Below, piece by piece: positions 27,527 to 37,134 of a DNA stretch of 64,000 nt; the first letter of the stretch is position 1; every line of letters starts with the position of its first letter. The stretch is from Myxococcota bacterium (GTDB lineage Bacteria > Myxococcota_A > Polyangia > Nannocystales > Nannocystaceae), in assembly GCA_039028615.1 (NCBI GenBank), contig JBCCHT010000020.1:96001-160000 (forward strand). Reading direction: 5' to 3'. Under the pieces are notes generated by a model. The model made no database searches. It saw only the letters and a list, made by a program, of their open reading frames with translations, and was not told the DNA's origin. The position numbers and the translations under genes were made by a program.

Positions 27527-28084
27527 ATGGATGCCAGTGCAGACCTACGGTCGGACGAACAACTCGTCGACGCGTGGCACGCAGGAGAGCGGAGCGCCAC
27601 CGGGGAACTCATCGCGCGCTACAACGAACCGCTGCGTCGCTACTACCGACGTCGGCTGGGGCCGGGGCACTACGAGGACGAGCTTCAGCGGTCCTGGGTC
27701 GCGATCCTGCAGAGCCTCCCGCGGTTTCGCGGCCAGTCCTCGGTGCGAACCTTCGTCTACGCGATCGCCAACAACTGCGTGCGAGAGGCGTGGCGGAGGC
27801 GCAATCGCAGCCGCCGGGTCTTTGCCCCCATGAAGTCCCACCTCGATCCTCAGCCGAGTCCGCATGCCGTGCTCTCGGCCGACCGATCCCGGCAGGCGCT
27901 GCAGCGAGCGATGGACGAGCTGCCGGACTCCATGCAGCGGATGCTACGGCTGTACTACTGGGAGCACCGCACGGCGGGGGAAATCGGCACGATCTTCTCG
28001 ATCCCCGAAGACACGGCTCGCAGCCGGATTCGCCGCGCCAAGGGGCTGCTCCGCGATCGACTCCAGCCGCAGTTCGACGCCTGA
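27527..28084 (+). CDS. ECF sigma-70 factor
   Basis: SDEQLV, FRGQSSVRTFVYAIANN (region 2), EIGTIFSIPEDTARSRIRRAK (region 4). Confidence 0.9.
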   Translation: MDASADLRSDEQLVDAWHAGERSATGELIARYNEPLRRYYRRRLGPGHYEDELQRSWVAILQSLPRFRGQSSVRTFVYAIANNCVREAWRRRNRSRRVFAPMKSHLDPQPSPHAVLSADRSRQALQRAMDELPDSMQRMLRLYYWEHRTAGEIGTIFSIPEDTARSRIRRAKGLLRDRLQPQFDA

Positions 28085-28100
28085 GCCTGCCCCCCGCCGC

Positions 28101-28766
28101 TCACAGCGACAGCGTCAGGCCCACGCTCACCTCGGCGTGGTCGTCCCCCGTGAGCTTCCATCGGCGCATTTTCAATCGCAGGCAACGGATCATCGATTCC
28201 GATCCGCTCTCCGTCTTCACGTCGCGGATCTGCTCGCCGTCGAGGGTGAACGAGAAGTCGAAGCGCCCCTTCAGGTCGGGCTCCTTGTCGACGGCGGCGC
28301 GATAGCAGGCCACGAGCTGCCTGCGCTTGCCTTCGAGCAGCGCACGAGCGCTGGCGGAACCGCTCACGCTGGCGATCTCGACCTTGGGCTCGGGTCGGGG
28401 CTCCGTGGGCAGCGGGTCGACGGGGGGAGCTGCTCCGCCGAGCAGCGACTCCACCGCGGCCGGATCGACGCCCGCCTCGTCTCCCGCGCGGAGGGTGGGC
28501 ACGGGCTTCAGCAGCGGAGAATCGGCCGCCTTCGTCTCGGCCTTGGCCTCGGGCTTGATCTCGGCCTTCAGGTCGGCGTCGGCCTTCGCTTCCGCGACCG
28601 CGGCCGCCTTGGCGTCGAGTTCCTCCTTCGACATGGCATCCGCCTTGGCGTCGGACTTCGCGGCCGTCTTGGCCGGCTCGGGCTTGGCGGCCTCGCGATC
28701 ACACCCGAGCGCCAGCACGCACACCACCGCCACACTCGACCAACAACGTAGTACTGCGCTCGACAT
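28101..28766 (-). CDS. Lipoprotein with AgmX/PglI-like (TonB-C-like) C-terminal domain
   Basis: LALGC lipobox; LVACY..AVDKEPDLKGR...CLRLKMRRW. Confidence 0.75.
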   Translation of the reverse strand: MSSAVLRCWSSVAVVCVLALGCDREAAKPEPAKTAAKSDAKADAMSKEELDAKAAAVAEAKADADLKAEIKPEAKAETKAADSPLLKPVPTLRAGDEAGVDPAAVESLLGGAAPPVDPLPTEPRPEPKVEIASVSGSASARALLEGKRRQLVACYRAAVDKEPDLKGRFDFSFTLDGEQIRDVKTESGSESMIRCLRLKMRRWKLTGDDHAEVSVGLTLSL

Positions 28767-28777
28767 CGACCCTTCTC

Positions 28778-30019
28778 CTATCGGCACTCGGTGCCCTTTT
28801 CGAGGCACTCCCCGAACTTGCAGCTACATCGCACGGTGGACCCGTCGGGCAGCCGCGTCTCCCACCCCTTGATGTAGCACTCGCCGAAGTTGCACGAGGT
28901 GCGCGCGGTCGAGCCATCGGGCAACCGCGTCTCCCACCCCTTGGTCGCACACTCGCCGAAGTTGCAGCTGGTGCGTGCCGTCTCGCCGCTGGGGAAGCGG
29001 GTCTCCCACCCCTTCTCCATGCAGCTGCCGAAGTTGCAGCTAGTGCGCGCCGTCTCGCCGCTGGGGAAGCGAGTCTCCCACCCCTTCTCGAGGCACTCTC
29101 CGAAATTGCAGGTCGCGCGGATCGTGCCCTCGTCGGTGCGGATCTCCCAGCCCTTGTGCATGCAGTCGCCGAACGAGCAGGAGCCGGCCGCGAACACGGC
29201 CGCCACGGTGTACTGGGCCATCTTGCGTGCTTCCTCCGCGGCGGCGAGGCGAGCCTCTTCGGCGGCACGCGCTTCCTCCTCGGCCCGGATACGCTCTTCC
29301 TCGGCCCGGATGCGCGCCTCTTCGGCCCGTCGATCCATCTCTTGGCGATGCGCGACCAGGTCCTTCTTGACGCCCTTCCACTCGAGCGCCGCGGTATTGC
29401 CCCCGGCCGCGGTGAGGCACGCTTCGATGAAGTCGGGCACTTCGTCGTCGGTGATCTCGGGGCGGATCTTCGGGCACAGGTCGACCACGATCACGCTGAC
29501 GGTCGGGTTCAGCCCCAGACCCAGCAAGAGCACGAAGGTCTGCTTGTCGGGGCGGGCCTCGAACGACTCGGCGTAGGCGGCGGCCGCCGCATCGCGGTCA
29601 CCCGTGAGCGCATGCACGCTGCCTTTGGCCAGGGCGAGGTCGGCGAGCGCATCGGGCTCGGCGGCGATGGCCTCGTCGATGTGGGTGAGCGTGGAGGTAC
29701 CGAGCCCGGCCCCGTCGATGGAACCGCGATCCACCGCGCCCGACGAGAACGCCTTTTCGGTGAGCCCCGCCAGCGACATTGCACGCTCGGCCGTGATCCC
29801 CTGCTCGTCGATCTCCGCCCACACCGCCTGGATCTCGGCCTGCAGCGCCTCGTCCTGCTCTCGCTGCTTGGCGGCTTGTTCGTCGTTGCGCAGCTTCTGC
29901 TCGGTCCGAGCCTTGGTGTCGTCGCCGCCCAGGAGCTTCCCGATGAAGCCGCACCCGCCGAGGCCCAGCAGCACGGCGAGAGACACTGAGGCAAAGTTCC
30001 TCGTTCGAAGCGTGACCAT
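28778..30019 (-). CDS. Lipoprotein with helical/coiled-coil region and six C-terminal CxFGxCxxKGW repeats
   Basis: LGGC lipobox from ATG 30019; RAEEER coiled coil; 23-24-aa Cys repeats. Confidence 0.8.
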   Translation of the reverse strand: MVTLRTRNFASVSLAVLLGLGGCGFIGKLLGGDDTKARTEQKLRNDEQAAKQREQDEALQAEIQAVWAEIDEQGITAERAMSLAGLTEKAFSSGAVDRGSIDGAGLGTSTLTHIDEAIAAEPDALADLALAKGSVHALTGDRDAAAAAYAESFEARPDKQTFVLLLGLGLNPTVSVIVVDLCPKIRPEITDDEVPDFIEACLTAAGGNTAALEWKGVKKDLVAHRQEMDRRAEEARIRAEEERIRAEEEARAAEEARLAAAEEARKMAQYTVAAVFAAGSCSFGDCMHKGWEIRTDEGTIRATCNFGECLEKGWETRFPSGETARTSCNFGSCMEKGWETRFPSGETARTSCNFGECATKGWETRLPDGSTARTSCNFGECYIKGWETRLPDGSTVRCSCKFGECLEKGTECR

Positions 30020-30112
30020 GGTGCGACCAGTAGGCGTGAAGGCGGATGCAAGGTCAATCCCTACCTTGGTCCACCACCGCCGACCGGAAGAACTGGTGTA
30101 CCGTGTCCGGCG

Positions 30113-31789
30113 ATGGATTACCTTCGTGGCTGCGCGTGGCTCGGGATCTCGGCGATGCTCGCCTGCAGTGCGGAGCCCGGAGCCTCGAGCCCGACCCAGG
30201 ACGGAACGGGTGACTCGAGCGGCGGCATGGTCCAGACCAGCACCAACCCGAGCACCCCCGACGACGACACGGGATCCGCCTCGGGGGACGCCGACAGCTC
30301 GGGATCGGCCCTCCCCTGCGACGGCGACATGTCCGACGCGGACGACGATGGGGTGCTCGACTGCGAGGACAACTGCGTCGACATGGCCAACGCCGACCAA
30401 GCCGATGCGGATGCCGACGGGGTCGGAGACGCTTGCGACCTGTGCCCCGACGACGCCGACCCCAACAATGGGGATCAGGACGGCGATGGCCTCGGAGACG
30501 CCTGCGACAACTGTGCGGACGACATGAATCAAGACCAGGCCGACGGCGATGCCGACGGGGCGGGCGATGCCTGCGACAACTGCCTGGGCATCCCCAACCG
30601 CGGTCAGATCGACTCCGATGGCGACGGCGTCGGTGAAGCCTGTGCCTGCGCTCCCACGCTGCAGCCCTGCCAGGGCGGCACGGCGGGGGGCTACGAGTGC
30701 AGCAACATCGAGCTGGTCTCGCGCGTCACCAACAACGAGATGGGCCTCGGCTGGGGCTCGGACATGTGGAGCTGGACCGACCCCGCCTCGGGGCGCGTCT
30801 TTGCGTTGTTCTCGGGCAACGTCGGCGTCGCCTTCGTCGAGCTGACCTTCCCCTACTGCCCCGAAGTGGTCGGGTTCTTGGCCTCCACCGCCGGCCCCTC
30901 GGGGGTTCGCGACGTCAAGGTCCACGGCCACCATGCATTCGTGGTGGCCGAGGCAGAGGGCCATGGCATGCAGGTCTTCGACCTCGAGCGCCTGCTCGAC
31001 GTGGACGGAGGCATCGAGGAGTTCGAAGCCGATGCGGTCTACGAGGGCTTCGGCCGGGCGCACAACCTGGCGATCGACACCGAGTCGGCCTTCGCCTACG
31101 GCGTGGCGATCGGGGCCTGCGAGCAGGGCCTGTACATCATGGACATCGCCGACCCCTTGGCGCCGAACTTCGTGGGCTGCCACCTCCCGCCCGGCGAGCA
31201 CGTGCACGACACCCAGTGCGTGGTCTACCAGGGCCCCGACGCCGAGCACCAAGGGCAGCAGATCTGCGTCAACGCCAACGGCCCCTCGGGCTCGATCTCG
31301 GTCATCGACACCACCGACAAGGCGAACATCGTGACCTTGGCCGAGGCCCCCTACCCCGCGGCCGTGTACTCGCATCAAGGCTGGTTCACCGATGACCATG
31401 CCTACGTGCTGATGAACGACGAGATCGACGAGATCCAAAACGACACGCGGACCCGCACCTTCGTGTGGGACATGAACGATCTCGACACCCCGCTGCTCAT
31501 CGGCACCTACGAGCACGACACCTACGCGAGCGACCACAACCTGCTCATCGACGGGCAGTACGCCTACCTGGCCAACTATCGGGCCGGCATGCGGGTGCTC
31601 GATCTGTCCGAGGTCGCCAGCGGCACGGTCGAAGAGGTCGCGTTCTTCGACACCTTCGGCATCGACGACTGGCACGGCCTCGACGGCGCGTTCACGGCCT
31701 ACCCGTGGCTCGGCGATGCGGGCGAGGGGATCGTGGCGGTCAGCGACATCCAAGGCGGGCTCTTCGTCCTGCGCCACACGCCCGACTGA
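30113..31789 (+). CDS. Choice-of-anchor B/LVIVD-type beta-propeller lipoprotein with thrombospondin type-3 repeats
   Basis: MLAC lipobox; DxDGDGVGDACD repeats; SDMWSW, RDVKV, HNL, YSHQGW, DEIDE, DHN, ANYRAG. Confidence 0.88.
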   Translation: MDYLRGCAWLGISAMLACSAEPGASSPTQDGTGDSSGGMVQTSTNPSTPDDDTGSASGDADSSGSALPCDGDMSDADDDGVLDCEDNCVDMANADQADADADGVGDACDLCPDDADPNNGDQDGDGLGDACDNCADDMNQDQADGDADGAGDACDNCLGIPNRGQIDSDGDGVGEACACAPTLQPCQGGTAGGYECSNIELVSRVTNNEMGLGWGSDMWSWTDPASGRVFALFSGNVGVAFVELTFPYCPEVVGFLASTAGPSGVRDVKVHGHHAFVVAEAEGHGMQVFDLERLLDVDGGIEEFEADAVYEGFGRAHNLAIDTESAFAYGVAIGACEQGLYIMDIADPLAPNFVGCHLPPGEHVHDTQCVVYQGPDAEHQGQQICVNANGPSGSISVIDTTDKANIVTLAEAPYPAAVYSHQGWFTDDHAYVLMNDEIDEIQNDTRTRTFVWDMNDLDTPLLIGTYEHDTYASDHNLLIDGQYAYLANYRAGMRVLDLSEVASGTVEEVAFFDTFGIDDWHGLDGAFTAYPWLGDAGEGIVAVSDIQGGLFVLRHTPD

Positions 31790-31797
31790 GACGCGCC

Positions 31798-33018
31798 ATG
31801 CCGTCCTTCGCCTCCGCGTCGATGCCGAAGTCGGGCCGAGTCCTGCTCCCCGGGACCGTCGCGCTCGTGGCCGCGCTGGGCCCGATGCGCGACGCCCAAG
31901 CCATCGACGGCACCCGCATTCGCACGCCCGTGGTCTGGTCGGATACACCGTGCATGACCATCGTCGACCGCTCCGTCGACGCGACCCTTCACATTCCCTA
32001 CGACATCCCGCTCGAGGACCTCGACGTCACCGAAGACGAGGTCGCCGACGGACGCAGGCACCAGTTCATCGCGTTGTGCCGCGACCACGACCCCACCGAC
32101 ATCCTGCCCGGCTGGCTCTCCGAAGCGGATGTCGCCGCGGCCGAAGCCCTGGGGCTCATCGATCTCGGCACGGTGAACGGAGACCAGATCCTCGACCTGT
32201 CGACGCCGTGGCAGGGGTGCTTTTCCCGAATCACCGACGACGACGAGCGCCGACCGATCTCCTTTGCGTCCGCGGAGGAAGGCGTCGACTGGGACACGAC
32301 CGACCTCGCCCCGGGGGCATGGTTCGTCGAAGGCTTCACCCACGACCCCCCGCTGAGCATCTGGTCGCCGCGCCCCGGGGTGGTCAAGGTCGTGGACGCA
32401 CCCGAACTCGACGCCAGCGGCCCCGCGGCGGCCGTGCTCAACGGCGAGGAGGTCGTGGTCAGCGGCGAGCCGGTCGCCATCGAAGGCTGCATCAGCGCCA
32501 TGGAGGGCACCGTGCTCGATCTGTCGTGGGTCGAAGTCGGCGAGTCGCGCTGGTCCACGCCCGTGCGGGGCGAAGTCGTTCGAGGCACGGAGTTCTCCAT
32601 CGACCTGTTGCTGCCACCCGAGATGGCGGGACAGTCCGCCCGGGTTCGCATCGACGCCGAAGATCCAACCGGGCGCCAGACCACCGCGTATATGTCCGAG
32701 TTCGTGCTCGTCTTGCCGCCCACGCCGGGTTGCGACGACGACTGCACGGGCACCGACGGCGGCGACGAGACCTCGGCCACCGACTCGGTCGACGACACGG
32801 GCGACACCCCGTCGTCGACGACCGGCACCGATGGCCTCCCCGCCGACGAGTCGGGCCCGAACGCGGACACCGACTCCATCGGTTCTGCGGGATCGACAGC
32901 CGCCGGAGACGACTCGAGCTCCGGCTGTGCGTGCCGAGCCGAGCCCGACCGCCCGTGGCTCGGACTCGCCTGGCTACTGCCACTCGCCGGCCTGCGACTA
33001 CGACGACGTCACCGCTGA
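31798..33018 (+). CDS. Exported protein with MYXO-CTERM-like sorting signal
   Basis: Signal peptide; T/D-rich linker; SSGCACR...hydrophobic...RLRRRHR C-terminus. Confidence 0.8.
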   Translation: MPSFASASMPKSGRVLLPGTVALVAALGPMRDAQAIDGTRIRTPVVWSDTPCMTIVDRSVDATLHIPYDIPLEDLDVTEDEVADGRRHQFIALCRDHDPTDILPGWLSEADVAAAEALGLIDLGTVNGDQILDLSTPWQGCFSRITDDDERRPISFASAEEGVDWDTTDLAPGAWFVEGFTHDPPLSIWSPRPGVVKVVDAPELDASGPAAAVLNGEEVVVSGEPVAIEGCISAMEGTVLDLSWVEVGESRWSTPVRGEVVRGTEFSIDLLLPPEMAGQSARVRIDAEDPTGRQTTAYMSEFVLVLPPTPGCDDDCTGTDGGDETSATDSVDDTGDTPSSTTGTDGLPADESGPNADTDSIGSAGSTAAGDDSSSGCACRAEPDRPWLGLAWLLPLAGLRLRRRHR

Positions 33019-33088
33019 AACGAGCACGGGCCCGAGCGACACCAGGTCGCCCGAGCCCATGAGCATCGAGTCGAAGACACGAGCGTCG

Positions 33089-33601
33089 TCAACTACGACT
33101 GGGGTAGAGGCCTTCCAGCGCGATGATGAAGTTCAGCGCCAAGAATGGCTGCATGATGTTCACCGGCTGGTTCGCGCCCACATGGCCGACGGAGCTCGTG
33201 CCCATCTGTTCGGTGGCCGGCCCCGGATCGTAGATGGCGGCGGCATTGGCCGCGAGCACATTGCCCGTGGCCCGTTGATCGGTGCCGAGGTTGCCGTACG
33301 CGAACAACCCATGGGTATGCGACGGCATCTGATTGGTCGTGAGCGTCTCCGTCTCGTGACCCGTCTTCTGGCCGAGCTGCCGCGGCGTGAGGCCAGGGCC
33401 CGTTCCCTCGTGGATGGCCACTCGGCCCCGCATCTCGGGCAGACCGAAGGTGCTCACCCCGTCGCCACCGTAGGTCGTGCCGAGGATGGAGAACAGCGCG
33501 CTGTGGGAGCTGATCGCCAACAACTGCCCGTTGCACAGAGCCCAGCCCCGCGGTGCGAAGTTGCCAGCAAACATGAGTACGGTCCCGATGAATGGTTCCA
33601 C
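33089..33601 (-). CDS. Phage tail-collar domain protein (MdpB-like)
   Basis: FIGTVLMFAGNFAPRGWALCNGQLL..LFSILGTTYGGDG..FGLPEMRGR; MQPFLALNFIIALEG. Confidence 0.93.
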   Translation of the reverse strand: MEPFIGTVLMFAGNFAPRGWALCNGQLLAISSHSALFSILGTTYGGDGVSTFGLPEMRGRVAIHEGTGPGLTPRQLGQKTGHETETLTTNQMPSHTHGLFAYGNLGTDQRATGNVLAANAAAIYDPGPATEQMGTSSVGHVGANQPVNIMQPFLALNFIIALEGLYPSRS

Positions 33602-33851
33602 TTGGTTTCTATCCCCTCTGCTCTTTCAATGGCCTTGTTGAAATGCCACTACGCTCGGGCAGTGTAACGGCAAGCGCCTCGGATCGAAGACCTCGTTCGA
33701 TTTCAGCGCCTTTCGATGATTCCCATCGACCGCACGCTGTTCCGTTCGACCTTTCGATCGATGGTTTTCAAATTGGGACCACCCTCTCCGTCGCGATTGC
33801 GACGAAGTCTCATCTTCATCGGGGGAAACCCGAGCGTGCTTTCGAACTCGA

Positions 33852-34799
33852 TCAGCGCTCGGACTGCGCTGCACCGGCCCACGCTGAAACCATCGTCAGC
33901 ACAGCCGCGATCCACACGAGCTGAGCGACGAGTAGGTGCACCAACTGCATCCACCCCGGTGCCGCCAAGCCGATGTTGAGCACCCCCATCACCACCTGCA
34001 AGACCACCGCATGCTGCAGGCCCTTGGCGATTCGCGGGCTCTGTGGGTCGCGGGCGTGCTCGCGAACCCACGCTGCGACCCCGTAGACCAACCCCGCGGC
34101 CACCACCGCGACCACGGGGTGAATGATGCGAAGCCGAATCAAGAAGTGCTTGGCCGCATCGAGGTCGTCGCGGACCCGCGCGAACAAATCCGTGCCCGTG
34201 TCGAGGTCCACGGGAAACAGCGTGTCGCCCAGGGCCGTGACCGCGCCCGTCAAGCTGGTCACGATGAGGCCGAGCAACGCCGCCGCGAGCAGCCACGTGC
34301 CGATGCCCAGCTTGCGCGGCGCCACGGGTCGCTCGTCGGTGCTCCACCACGCCGTGAGCGAGGCCGCCCCCGTGAGCAGCAGGGTGTTGACCAAGTGCAG
34401 CGCGATGACGATGGCCCGCGGCACGGAGTCGTCGTCGGCGACGAGCTCCTTCAGCACCAGGCCGGCCCCGATCGCGCCCTCGAACACGATGAACACCAGC
34501 GTGACCACGGCCGCGAGGGTGACCCGGCTCTTGCCGAAGCGAACCGCCGCCCATCCGAGCAAGCCCACGCCGAAGATCCCCAGCAGGCCGCTGGTGAGCC
34601 GATGGGTGAACTCGATGATCGTCTCGGTCGAGGGCTCGAGCGGGATGATCTGGCCGTGGCAGGTGGGCCAGTGCGAGCCGCAGCCCGCCCCCGAGTGCGT
34701 GATGCGAACCCACGCCCCGAACAAAATGACCAGCAGCAGGTAGGCGACGAACGCCCACGCGATACTCGAGAACCGGGACCGTTGAGCCATCGTGCGCAC
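33852..34799 (-). CDS. ctaA: Heme A synthase (COX15/CtaA family)
   Basis: GAGCGSHWPTCHG, EFTHRL, about eight TM helices with conserved His residues; start may be 34790. Confidence 0.88.
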   Translation of the reverse strand: MRTMAQRSRFSSIAWAFVAYLLLVILFGAWVRITHSGAGCGSHWPTCHGQIIPLEPSTETIIEFTHRLTSGLLGIFGVGLLGWAAVRFGKSRVTLAAVVTLVFIVFEGAIGAGLVLKELVADDDSVPRAIVIALHLVNTLLLTGAASLTAWWSTDERPVAPRKLGIGTWLLAAALLGLIVTSLTGAVTALGDTLFPVDLDTGTDLFARVRDDLDAAKHFLIRLRIIHPVVAVVAAGLVYGVAAWVREHARDPQSPRIAKGLQHAVVLQVVMGVLNIGLAAPGWMQLVHLLVAQLVWIAAVLTMVSAWAGAAQSER

Positions 34800-34807
34800 C
34801 CCGGTGG

Positions 34808-36199
34808 CTAGAAGGCGCAGCTATTGGGCGTGCGCGGGAACGGGATGACGTCGCGGATGTTCTGCATGCCCGTGGCGTACATGACCATCCGCTCGAAGCC
34901 GAGACCGAAGCCGGCGTGCGGCACGGTGCCGAAGCGCCGCGTGTCGAGGTACCACTGGTACTCTTCGAGCGGCAGCCCGGCCTCGGTGATGGTCTGGACG
35001 AGCACGTCGTGCCGCTCTTCTCGCTGCGAGCCGCCGATGAGCTCGCCGACCTGCGGCACCAGCAAGTCCATGGCCGCCACCGTGCGCTCGTCGTCGTTGC
35101 GACGCATATAGAACGCCTTGATCTCCTTGGGGTAGTCGGTCACGAAGACCGGGCGCCCCACCACCGTCTCGGTGAGATGGCGTTCGTGCTCGGCCTGGAG
35201 GTTGGCCCCGAAGAACACCGGGTACTCGAACTTCTGGCCGCTGGCCTCGAGCTTCTTGACCGCCTCGGCGTAGGTCATGCGCTCGAACTCGGAGTCGGCC
35301 ACGTGGCGCATGCGCTCGAGCAGGCCCTTTTGGATGCGCTTGTCGAAGAACTCCATGTCCTCGGGGCAGCGCTCGAGCACGGTGTTGATGAGGTGCCGGA
35401 CGAAGGCCTCCGCGAGGTTGCAGTCGTCCTCGAGGTCGTGGAAGGCCATCTCCGGCTCGATCATCCAGAACTCGGAGGCGTGCCGCGTGGTGTGGGAGTT
35501 CTCGGCGCGGAAGGTCGGGCCGAAGGTGTAGATGTCGGACATGCCCAGGGCGAAGGACTCGCCGGCCAGCTGGCCCGAGACGGTCAGGAAGGTGCTGCCG
35601 CCGAAGAAGTCCTTGCTCCAATCGATCTCGCCCTTGTCGGTGCGGGGCGGGTCGTTGGGATCGATGGTGCTCACCCGGAACAGCTCGCCCGCGCCCTCGG
35701 CATCGCTGCCCGTGATGATGGGCGTGTGCACGTAGACGAATCCGCGGTCCTGGAAGAAGCAGTGCACCGCGTGGGCGAGCACGCTGCGGACCCGGAACAC
35801 CGCGCCGTAGGTGTTGGTGCGGTTGCGCAGGTGAGCGATGGTCCGCAAGAACTCGAAGCCGTGGCGCTTCTTTTGCAGCGGGTAGTCGGGCTCGGCCTGA
35901 CCCAGCACCTCGATGGCCGTGGCCCGCAGCTCGACCGACTGCCCCTTGGCGGGCGACTCGACGAGCTGCCCGGTCACCGCCACCGCGGAGCCCGTGCCCA
36001 GCGCCCGAACCTCTTCGAGGTTGGCGACCTCGTCGCCGGCCACCACCTGAATGCCCGACATCGTCGAGCCATCGTTGACGTTGAGGAACGTGACCTGCTT
36101 GCTCGCGCGAACGGTCCGAAGCCAGCCTTTGATGATGATGCCCTCTTGCGGGGGTGCGAGAGTCATCACTTCCACGATGCGTCGGCGGGGGCCCTGCAT
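34808..36199 (-). CDS. asnS: Asparagine--tRNA ligase
   Basis: GWLRTVR, YPLQKK, LTVSGQL, GPTFRAENS, EFWMIEPE, GELIGGSQREER, GFGLGFER. Confidence 0.97.
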   Translation of the reverse strand: MQGPRRRIVEVMTLAPPQEGIIIKGWLRTVRASKQVTFLNVNDGSTMSGIQVVAGDEVANLEEVRALGTGSAVAVTGQLVESPAKGQSVELRATAIEVLGQAEPDYPLQKKRHGFEFLRTIAHLRNRTNTYGAVFRVRSVLAHAVHCFFQDRGFVYVHTPIITGSDAEGAGELFRVSTIDPNDPPRTDKGEIDWSKDFFGGSTFLTVSGQLAGESFALGMSDIYTFGPTFRAENSHTTRHASEFWMIEPEMAFHDLEDDCNLAEAFVRHLINTVLERCPEDMEFFDKRIQKGLLERMRHVADSEFERMTYAEAVKKLEASGQKFEYPVFFGANLQAEHERHLTETVVGRPVFVTDYPKEIKAFYMRRNDDERTVAAMDLLVPQVGELIGGSQREERHDVLVQTITEAGLPLEEYQWYLDTRRFGTVPHAGFGLGFERMVMYATGMQNIRDVIPFPRTPNSCAF

Positions 36200-36275
36200 G
36201 GTGCGCGCAGCGTACCCCACGCGGGCCTTGGGTCAACCGTTTGCCGCCGCGGCCAATCCGTGGGACCAAGGAGCC

Positions 36276-37010
36276 GTGAGGCTGCCCCTCGTTCCCGATC
36301 CCGCGGGCGCTCTGCGGATCAACGAAGCCTTCGTCTCGATTCAGGGCGAAGGGCTCCTCGCGGGCACCCCCAGCACGTTCATCCGGGTCGCGGGCTGCAA
36401 CCTGCGTTGCGCCTGGTGCGACTCGCCCGCGTCGTCGTGGCGCCCCGAGGGGCAGCGGGTCCACCTGGACGCCATCGTCGAGGCTTGCGCCACCGGGCCG
36501 CGCCACGTGGTGCTGACGGGCGGGGAGCCGCTGCTCTTCGCCCCCATGGCCGAGCTGTCCCAGCGGCTGCACGCAGCGGGGCACCACCTCACCTTCGAGA
36601 CGGCCGGCACCGTGCTGTGTGACGGGGTCGCCTCCGACCTCATGTCGCTCAGCCCCAAGCTGCCGCACGCGACCCCCGACGATCCCACCTGGGGTCCGCG
36701 ACACGAGCAACGGCGCTGGCGACCCGATGTCCTGCGCTCGCTGATGGAGTTCCCGTGGCAGCTCAAGGTCGTGGTGCGGGCTCACGATCCCGAGCGCCTG
36801 CGCGATGACCTGGCCGAGGTCGATCGCATGGTGGAGACCCTGCAGATCGCCGACGTCGACCGCGGGCGGGTGCTGTTGATGCCGGAGTGCGTCGACCCAC
36901 ATCGGCTGGCCGCCGACTACGCCGCGCTCGTGCCCGTGTGCATCGAGCGAGGGTTCACCCTCGGACCCCGCTTACACATCGCGATCTTCGGTCATACGCC
37001 GGGGACGTGA
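36276..37010 (+). CDS. queE: 7-carboxy-7-deazaguanine synthase (radical SAM)
   Basis: SIQGEG, FIRVAGCNLRCAWCDS, LTGGEP, SLSPK, PRLH. Confidence 0.93.
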   Translation: MRLPLVPDPAGALRINEAFVSIQGEGLLAGTPSTFIRVAGCNLRCAWCDSPASSWRPEGQRVHLDAIVEACATGPRHVVLTGGEPLLFAPMAELSQRLHAAGHHLTFETAGTVLCDGVASDLMSLSPKLPHATPDDPTWGPRHEQRRWRPDVLRSLMEFPWQLKVVVRAHDPERLRDDLAEVDRMVETLQIADVDRGRVLLMPECVDPHRLAADYAALVPVCIERGFTLGPRLHIAIFGHTPGT

Positions 37011-37134
37011 GCGACCCCATGAGCCGTCGCCCGCCGCGCTCGCGCAGCGGAGTGTTTTACCGACGTTCACCTACGTTGCCGAGCCACCGCGTCAAAGGCA
37101 CGATGTGATCGCCTGCTTGGACTGGGAACGAACC

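Noticed and set aside
30020..31948. N-terminal 640 aa of the 1056-aa minus ORF 28778-31948
   Set aside because: Antisense to the choice-of-anchor B gene; the real start is the lipoprotein signal at 30019.
33089..33601. Prophage
   Set aside because: No other phage structural, packaging or integrase genes in the window.
36276..37010. queE as part of a 7-deazaguanine DNA-modification defence island
   Set aside because: No dpd, tgt-like or other que genes nearby; the context is housekeeping.
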